From contig OZ240215.1 in assembly GCA_965197585.1 (NCBI GenBank), forward strand, positions 1,952,001 to 2,016,000: a stretch of 64,000 nt of DNA, in the 5' to 3' direction. Every line of letters begins with the position of its first letter. The stretch's first letter is position 1. This stretch comes from Dehalococcoidia bacterium. GTDB lineage: Bacteria; Chloroflexota; Dehalococcoidia; Plut-88900. Below are positions 57,901 through 64,000 of the stretch, one piece after another. The notes below the pieces were generated by a model. The model was not told where the DNA came from and did not search any database. It saw only the letters and a list, made by a program, of their open reading frames with translations. The position numbers and the translations under genes were made by a program.

Positions 57901-58506
57901 GTGCCATTCTTCCGACGTAAAAAAGAGCCAAAGGAGCCGAAGTCCCTCCAGCAGATGATCGAGGAGAGGGAGACCCGAGAGGGCAAGACCCGGCCTCTTC
58001 CCTTCATACCCCTTTACATCATCGGCGGGCTAACCGTATTCATCATTTTTATCTCCTCATGCGGGTTGGCGGTATTCTTCTTCGTCGGCCCCGACCTCGG
58101 GGAGGAGCCTCTCCCCACCGCCGTGGCCGTCATCCCGGAGGAATTCCTTATCCGCGGTATCGCTTTCGCCGAAGAGGGACAGTTTGATTTGGCTATCCGG
58201 GACTTCACGGAGGCCATACACATGCGGCCCGACTACTCCTCCGCCTTCTACAACCGGGGCCTTACCTACACCAGGCTGGAACAATATGAGGATGGAATCC
58301 GGGACTACACCACTGCCATATCCATCGTACCGGAGCACCAGGGCGCCCACGTCTGGCGTGCCATGTCCTACACACTGCTCGGCCGGGATTCCGAGGCGGA
58401 AGTCGACGTGGCACGTGCCATTGAACTAGGCGTAGACCCCGACGAGCTCCGAGCCAGAATTGAAGGCGCCAAACTGTCCCGTGACACCGCCACCGCTACC
58501 CCCTAG
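57901..58506 (+). CDS. Membrane-anchored TPR protein
   Basis: One TM segment, then AI.DF..AI...P..A.YNRG TPR repeats. Confidence 0.85.
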   Translation: MPFFRRKKEPKEPKSLQQMIEERETREGKTRPLPFIPLYIIGGLTVFIIFISSCGLAVFFFVGPDLGEEPLPTAVAVIPEEFLIRGIAFAEEGQFDLAIRDFTEAIHMRPDYSSAFYNRGLTYTRLEQYEDGIRDYTTAISIVPEHQGAHVWRAMSYTLLGRDSEAEVDVARAIELGVDPDELRARIEGAKLSRDTATATP

Positions 58507-58555
58507 CTCACCCCACCATTACCTGTTGGGGCAGGTCTTGCGCTTACCGTGTTTC

Positions 58556-59368
58556 CTACCTCCCCCGATCAACCCACACCTGATACACTCTGTTCCTCCC
58601 CACCCCATACTCCCCGGACACCCTATCGACCGCCTCCCTTCCTGATACATCTTCCGACTCAAGACGCTCGAACGCCGAGCGCAACTCCGCGTCGCTGACA
58701 TCGGTGTCCGGCTGGGGTTTGGGCCCTATAACCAGCGTGAATTCGCCGCGGGGGTTGGTGAAGTGCGCCCGTGCCTCGGAGGCAGATCCCCGGAACACCT
58801 CTTCGTGCAGCTTGGTAAGCTCTCGGCACACGGCGATCTCTACGTCGGGGGCTACCGCGGCGATGTCATCCAGCGCAGCTTGAATCCGGTGGGGAGTCTC
58901 AAAGGCAACGGTGGTGCGCCCATCGTCGATCACTGATGACAGGAGTTTCCTCCGCTCCGAACTTTTCCTCGGCAGAAACCCGACAAACGTGAATTGGGAG
59001 GTCGGAAGCCCCGAAGCTACCAGTGCGGAGATGACCGCTGTGGCTCCTGGAATCGGGACCACGGGCACCGAGTTCGTTATTGCAGCCGCGATCAGGTCGT
59101 GGCCCGGATCGTTGATGTTAGGCATCCCCGCATCTGAGACCAGTGCAAGGTCATCGCCCATCATGTGCTCCACCAGCCTCGACAGCTTGGCCTCGCCGCT
59201 GTGGTCGTGGAAGCTAGTGACTTTTGTCTTTATCCCGTGTCTTTCGAGAAGTCGCCTGGTCTTTCGGGTGTCCTCCGCTGCGATGAGTGGGACCTCACGC
59301 AGGACGCGCAGGGCCCTCAGCGTGATGTCCTCCATGTTACCTATGGGCGTCGCGACTACGTAGAGCAA
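58556..59368 (-). CDS. rsmI: 16S rRNA (C1402-2'-O)-methyltransferase
   Basis: LYVVATPIGN, AEDTR, SDAG.P, RELTKLHEE. Confidence 0.96.
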   Translation of the reverse strand: MLYVVATPIGNMEDITLRALRVLREVPLIAAEDTRKTRRLLERHGIKTKVTSFHDHSGEAKLSRLVEHMMGDDLALVSDAGMPNINDPGHDLIAAAITNSVPVVPIPGATAVISALVASGLPTSQFTFVGFLPRKSSERRKLLSSVIDDGRTTVAFETPHRIQAALDDIAAVAPDVEIAVCRELTKLHEEVFRGSASEARAHFTNPRGEFTLVIGPKPQPDTDVSDAELRSAFERLESEDVSGREAVDRVSGEYGVGRNRVYQVWVDRGR

Positions 59369-59719
59369 CCTATCTCAACCTGCTAGAGCGGACACATCGG
59401 AATTCGGTCAATAGTAGCATCCCCTCAGTGGCAGGTCTTTGTAAAGGCTTTCATGGCGCTCGTCGATGGCCCGGCTTGCGCGTACACAACGCGTTCAATA
59501 CACTACGCAGTCCACGCGCTATTTTCGTGTGAGGGTCCTTCTTGGTCAGGGAGACGGAAAATTGATCAATCCCGATTCTTACGACCCGTCAGCAATGACT
59601 CACAGCGATTTCCTCGAAATAGCCGACGACGGCCTCAGGGTCTACGACTGCGTGAATGACGACGAGCTACGCCGGATGCAGGAATTCTCTGTGAGCGCCT
59701 TGTCTCAGTAGGTACGAAT

Positions 59720-60526
59720 ATGGCAAGCGACCAAGTTAAAGAGCGGATAGCGGTTTCGAAGGCGGAGTCTGCGCGGCTGGGGCAACGGCTGAGAAGTCTG
59801 TCGGCAGATGACCTAAACCGGCCCAGCGCCTGCGACAGGTGGGCGGTCGGGGACGTGGTCGCGCACCTGGTTTTCGTGGTGCAGTTCCAGAAGAACATGA
59901 TTGTGCGGGGAATGCAGGGCGACGACAGCGCGCCTGAAGGGGCTCGGAGGCCGGGGGCCGCGGACGTGCCCACGGAAGTGAGGATAGCCCAGGGCGCCAT
60001 AAGGCTGCGAGAGAAGCTCGGGGAGGGGCTGCTGGACGCTTTCGACGAGAAGTACCAGGATTGCTTTGCGCTTGTCGACTCCCTAAACCCCTACGACTAC
60101 GCCAAGCCGTGCTGGCACCCCTGGGGACCCATGAACGTGGCCGATTTCGTGGACCTGGTGGTCAACGAGCTTGCCATCCACGCCTGGGATGCACTATCTC
60201 CCGTGGACTCCGACTACCATATGTCGCAGGAGTCGTTGCCAGCGGCGCTGGCTATCGGAAGCATGACGCTGGCCCGCATGGCCGCGACCGGACCTGCGCG
60301 GTTCAGGTTTGACGTGACGGAGGGCCATGAGATGCCTGACCTGGTTGTCGGTGGAGACGCAGCCCCAGAGACCCCCAGTGCAACGCTAAGCTGCGACGGC
60401 GAGGCGTTGGTGCTGATGTCCTGCGGGCGATTGGGCTTGGAGGACGCTCTGTCCTCCGGTCGGCTGAGCGTGTCGGGGGATGAGGGGTTGGCTCGGGAGT
60501 TGGGTCGGGGGTTTACGGGGTTGTAG
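59720..60526 (+). CDS. Maleylpyruvate isomerase N-terminal (MDMPI/DinB) family protein
   Basis: PSAC..W.V.DVVAHL, E..IH.WD. Confidence 0.85.
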   Translation: MASDQVKERIAVSKAESARLGQRLRSLSADDLNRPSACDRWAVGDVVAHLVFVVQFQKNMIVRGMQGDDSAPEGARRPGAADVPTEVRIAQGAIRLREKLGEGLLDAFDEKYQDCFALVDSLNPYDYAKPCWHPWGPMNVADFVDLVVNELAIHAWDALSPVDSDYHMSQESLPAALAIGSMTLARMAATGPARFRFDVTEGHEMPDLVVGGDAAPETPSATLSCDGEALVLMSCGRLGLEDALSSGRLSVSGDEGLARELGRGFTGL

Positions 60527-60531
60527 GGGAC

Positions 60532-60927
60532 CTACGCAAACGGCAGCTGTATTAATTCAAGGCTGGAAATGCCAGAGAAGTCTCTGTCATGAGAAGCCAA
60601 AGGACATTGCAGCAAAATTGCAGTTGCTGCTATCCAGGCGTCCGCTACATCTAAGCGGAGTCCGATAGACTCTCTTTCCATACGCACTTGAGCACAGATG
60701 TCCACCATTTCAAAGTTGGGCCAAACAATCTCATATTGCTCAATATGCTGCGATAGCTCGTTCTTGCGCCTTGCTCCCCAACCTTTCTTATAGGCCCCAA
60801 ACCAGAGTTCCTCTAACGTTTGGAAAGACAAAAATGTGCGTAGGCCACGAATCATCTGTAAGTAACGCAGGGCGCGGTAGTCCCCGCCAAAAATATACGA
60901 AACGATATTAGTATCCAGGATTATCAA
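60532..60927 (-). CDS. vapC: PIN domain (VapC) toxin
   Basis: ILDTNIVS, DAWIAATA, SHDRDF. Confidence 0.92.
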   Translation of the reverse strand: MIILDTNIVSYIFGGDYRALRYLQMIRGLRTFLSFQTLEELWFGAYKKGWGARRKNELSQHIEQYEIVWPNFEMVDICAQVRMERESIGLRLDVADAWIAATAILLQCPLASHDRDFSGISSLELIQLPFA

Positions 60928-61784
60928 TTGGGAGTTTCCTCTAAGCGCGTATCCCTTGCTTCGTGGATGATACCTATGAACTCGTCAGCATCGAAGGGTT
61001 CACTTGCTCTAACTACTTTTTCAGGATCGAATATCTTGGGATTGGGGTTATTTAGGAGCGTTTCCAAGCTAGTAGGGTCGCTCCAAGCTCGAGTAGCATT
61101 GAGTTGCTTAACCTGAACGGTGATCCATTCCCCCTTCGCGTTGAGTCGGCCCCGCCCGCGTACATCCACGAATCCATTTGCTAATTTCAGCATTTCTATG
61201 TCGAGATCACTATTGAAACGCAACTGAACAAATTTATCCCCATATTGATGGAGCTGTGCCGTCCCTTTATGCCAATTCACTTCCTTCAGCCAACCGTGCA
61301 CCAATGCTTTTTCTGTGTCTGAATTTCCAACCGGAGCACGACCTACGCTTTCTATCTTTACCTTACGAGGCTTTTCATCGCTGCCAATCCAGAGGCTAAC
61401 ATCATCAGGCAGCGCATGTGGTATTTCGTAAAGTCTTCCCATCACTTCCCCAGGCAGGGTGGAATCCTCGCTCCCATCCCAGTTTCTTAAGGCATCAAAC
61501 GCTTGTTGGCCAAAGTCCTCCAAATACCCCTGACGGTCAGGTGGATGTTCTAGGGTCAATTCGGCAACATAAGACCCAACATGAGTAGCATTCAGACGTA
61601 AGGTACTCTGTTCGCGAACCCACTTTGGCGGCTGTCCCGGACTCCGTTGACGTTCGCCTAGGTGTTCCACTATTAGGCGCATCGCATCTTGGACACCCTG
61701 CATTGCAATCATGAATTCATTCAGGGGCACACTACCATCGCTAACTCGACCACCATCCAATGTTACGAAAAGTTTGTCATTCAC
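60924..61784 (-). CDS. Hypothetical protein translationally coupled to PIN toxin
   Basis: 286-aa ORF with RBS, ATGA overlap, lower GC. Confidence 0.75.
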   Translation of the reverse strand: MNDKLFVTLDGGRVSDGSVPLNEFMIAMQGVQDAMRLIVEHLGERQRSPGQPPKWVREQSTLRLNATHVGSYVAELTLEHPPDRQGYLEDFGQQAFDALRNWDGSEDSTLPGEVMGRLYEIPHALPDDVSLWIGSDEKPRKVKIESVGRAPVGNSDTEKALVHGWLKEVNWHKGTAQLHQYGDKFVQLRFNSDLDIEMLKLANGFVDVRGRGRLNAKGEWITVQVKQLNATRAWSDPTSLETLLNNPNPKIFDPEKVVRASEPFDADEFIGIIHEARDTRLEETPN

Positions 61785-61971
61785 CGTGACTCCCTTCCTG
61801 CACCCTAGGATACCGACATGGTGTTAAAGGAGCGCGTATTATATCCCGACCTAGTCTAGATTTCTCGATTTGGATTCTAACAACAATTGTAGCCCTACCA
61901 AGAAACGCGGAAGTTCTTTCAGTCCTTGCTAGTGAAGTCCGCAGAGGCAGCAATCCCCACTATCAGAGTCC

Positions 61972-63393
61972 CTAGTTCGCGTGCGCCATCTGCACCGGCG
62001 CAGGGCCGATCTTGTTGTAGCAATCCAGGGCGGCGACTTTGTAGCACTCGGCGAGGGTGGGGTAGTTGAAGACGGTGTTGACGAAGTAGTCGAGGGTGCC
62101 GCCGAAGGCCAGGACGGCCTGGCCTATGTGAATGAGCTCTGCGGCCTCGGCGCCGATGATGTGGATGCCCAGCAACTCCCGGGTGTCCCTGTGAAACAGC
62201 ATTTTGAGCATCCCCGTGTCGTCGCCGAGAATGTTGCCCCGCGCTATCTCCCGGTACCTGGCCAGGCCCACCTCGTAAGGGACACCGGCCTCGGTCAAAG
62301 CCTGCTCCGTGCCACCGACCATGGACAGTTCGGGCACGGAGTAGATGCCGAAGGGGTAGTGGTGGGGGGAGGAGTGGTACTCGATCCCGAAGGCGTGGCA
62401 GGCCGCGGCCCGGCCCTGCTCCATGGAGGTCGAGGCCAGGGAGGGGAATCCCACCACGTCGCCTACCGCGTAGATGTGGGATTGTGCAGTCTGGTAGTGA
62501 TCGCCGACGGGTATGCGGCCTCGGTTGTCGGAGGTCAGGCCGGCGGAGTCGAGATTCAGCACACCTGTTGCGCCCATCCGCCCAACTGAATACATGAGCA
62601 GGTCGGATGTGATTCTCTTTCCCGACTTTAGCGAGGCGACGGCCTTGCCGCCGATGGACTCCACGAGCTCCACTTCCTCGCCGAACCGGAAGATGCAGCC
62701 CATGTTGCGCATGTGGTAGACGAGGGCCTCGGTCAATTCCCTGTCTACGAAATCAAGGATGCCGGAACGTTTCTCCACAACGGTGACTTCCGAGCCGAGG
62801 GCGGCGAAGATCGAGGCGTACTCGATTCCGATTACCCCGGCCCCGACCACGGTCATCGTGCGCGGAATGGTGTCCAAGCTGAGGACTCCGTCGGAGTCGA
62901 CGATCGCCCGGCTGTCAACGTCGAACCCCGGCAGGGACGCGGGCGTCGTGCCGGTGGCTATCACGATCTTGTCGGCCTCGACTCGGACCGTGCCTTTTCG
63001 CCCGGTGACCGCCAGGACGTTGGGAGATTCGAAGGCGGCCTCGCCCTGCAGAACATCGACGCGATTGCGCCTCATCTGGTGGCGGATCACCTCGGTTTCC
63101 TGGACGATCACGTGGTTGCAGCGGAAGAGGAGGTCGTCCGCCATGGATATGTCTTCTTTGACCGTGAAGGAAGAGCCGTAGATGCCCCGCTGTCGGAAGC
63201 CGGTCAGGTATAGCACGGCCTCGCGAAAGGTCTTGGAGGGGATGGTACCGGTGTTGATGCATACACCGCCGACGACTTCTCTACGCTCGCAGATCCCGAT
63301 CTTTTTGCCCAGCTTGGCAGCCTGGATTGCGGCGCGTTGCCCGGCAGGCCCGGTACCGATCACGAACATGTCGTAGCGTCCGTTTTCGGCCAT
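61972..63393 (-). CDS. sthA: Si-specific NAD(P)+ transhydrogenase
   Basis: GGVCINTGTIPSKT, GAGVIGIEYAS, FNYPTLAECYKVAA. Confidence 0.95.
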   Translation of the reverse strand: MAENGRYDMFVIGTGPAGQRAAIQAAKLGKKIGICERREVVGGVCINTGTIPSKTFREAVLYLTGFRQRGIYGSSFTVKEDISMADDLLFRCNHVIVQETEVIRHQMRRNRVDVLQGEAAFESPNVLAVTGRKGTVRVEADKIVIATGTTPASLPGFDVDSRAIVDSDGVLSLDTIPRTMTVVGAGVIGIEYASIFAALGSEVTVVEKRSGILDFVDRELTEALVYHMRNMGCIFRFGEEVELVESIGGKAVASLKSGKRITSDLLMYSVGRMGATGVLNLDSAGLTSDNRGRIPVGDHYQTAQSHIYAVGDVVGFPSLASTSMEQGRAAACHAFGIEYHSSPHHYPFGIYSVPELSMVGGTEQALTEAGVPYEVGLARYREIARGNILGDDTGMLKMLFHRDTRELLGIHIIGAEAAELIHIGQAVLAFGGTLDYFVNTVFNYPTLAECYKVAALDCYNKIGPAPVQMAHAN

Positions 63394-63437
63394 GTTGCTC
63401 CAGAAAGCACGTGGGGGAATTGCCTATAACGCTCTGG

Positions 63438-63469
63438 CAGTGTAGTTGCCGCCCGCGCATCATGTCAAT
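63438..63469 (-). promoter_or_regulatory. Promoter of sthA, TTGACA-18-TACACT
   Basis: Directly after the 3' end of element copy 3. Confidence 0.55.
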
Positions 63470-63473
63470 TGAG

Positions 63474-64000
63474 TGTATTCGTTCGATAGATTAGTGACAC
63501 ACCGGCCTTTTCTTCAGTCCTCCAGAGGCGGATGTTCCATCTTCGATTGTGGGGTTTCGGTTTCCGTTCTGTCTGTTAGGTTTTGAGAAGGCGATGAAAG
63601 ACGCTTGCCGGATTAGGCTCCCTACATTTAGATAATGCGGGCTAAGAGGCGTCCCGGGAGCGTGGGACGGGACTCCGCCGCCGCCTAGACCTGGAAGTAT
63701 GGTCGGACGTACGGGTCCGTCATCCGTCATAGGCTCCAATGAGGTTTGGCTGCGCTGTCCGCCGTAGGCGGATGCAGTAAGGGGAAAGTCCAGGGTCAGT
63801 TCCCCTCGCAGGAGTACGGGATATCCAGTTAGCCGCCTGTATCCAGGAGCCGGGAGTGGCGGACAGTCCAGTTTATTTGAGGAAGCGGACGGAGAGCCGA
63901 GCGGTCCTCGGCTACGGGCTGCCCCGTTCCGCTCCATGGGTCGGGTTGCTCCGTGAGGAGACTTTTAAGTACGGTCCAGGGCGTCTTCCATCGCCTAGTG
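63474..64000 (-). ncRNA. Large structured non-coding element, copy 3 (5' part outside window)
   Basis: The reverse complement matches the 3' block of copy 2 (caatcgaagatggaacatccgcctc.ggaggactgaagaaaa..ccggtgtgtcactaa.cta.cgaacga.taca); stem 63981-63995/63590-63604. Confidence 0.7.

Noticed and set aside
59453-59711. Small ORF upstream of the MDMPI gene
   Set aside because: No recognisable motif and start ambiguous; it may be a real ~49-aa peptide but cannot be supported.
63605-63980. GGA-rich interior of copy 3 as a CsrB-like sponge
   Set aside because: Copy 1 shows no GGA enrichment, so it is not a family property.

Overview
GC-rich chromosomal segment that looks like SAR202/Dehalococcoidia (Chloroflexota). 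This is inferred from gene content: nine Amidohydro_2 paralogs, LLM oxidoreductases, a Rieske oxygenase, four class III CoA-transferases and class I/III aminotransferases. Housekeeping genes (acnA, bcp, comM/yifB, thrS, rsmI, sthA), tRNA-Pro(GGG), a stand-alone 5S rRNA, TA modules and REP-like hairpins are also present. The main unexplained signal is a family of ~750-800 bp non-coding elements in three copies: 6296-7043 (+), 32577-33386 (+) and 63474->64000 (-). They share conserved 5' and 3' blocks (only the 3' part of copy 3 is in the window), and the two complete copies start with a sigma70-type promoter that overlaps a LexA-like box. A covarying 14-15 bp long-range stem encloses a 367-404 nt interior that differs in sequence between copies but is rich in hairpins. 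A second, ~200 nt structured RNA candidate behind a LexA-box promoter lies at 37433-37700. All calls come from reading the sequence by eye, with no database searches, and several start codons were adjusted from the ORF track using RBS position.
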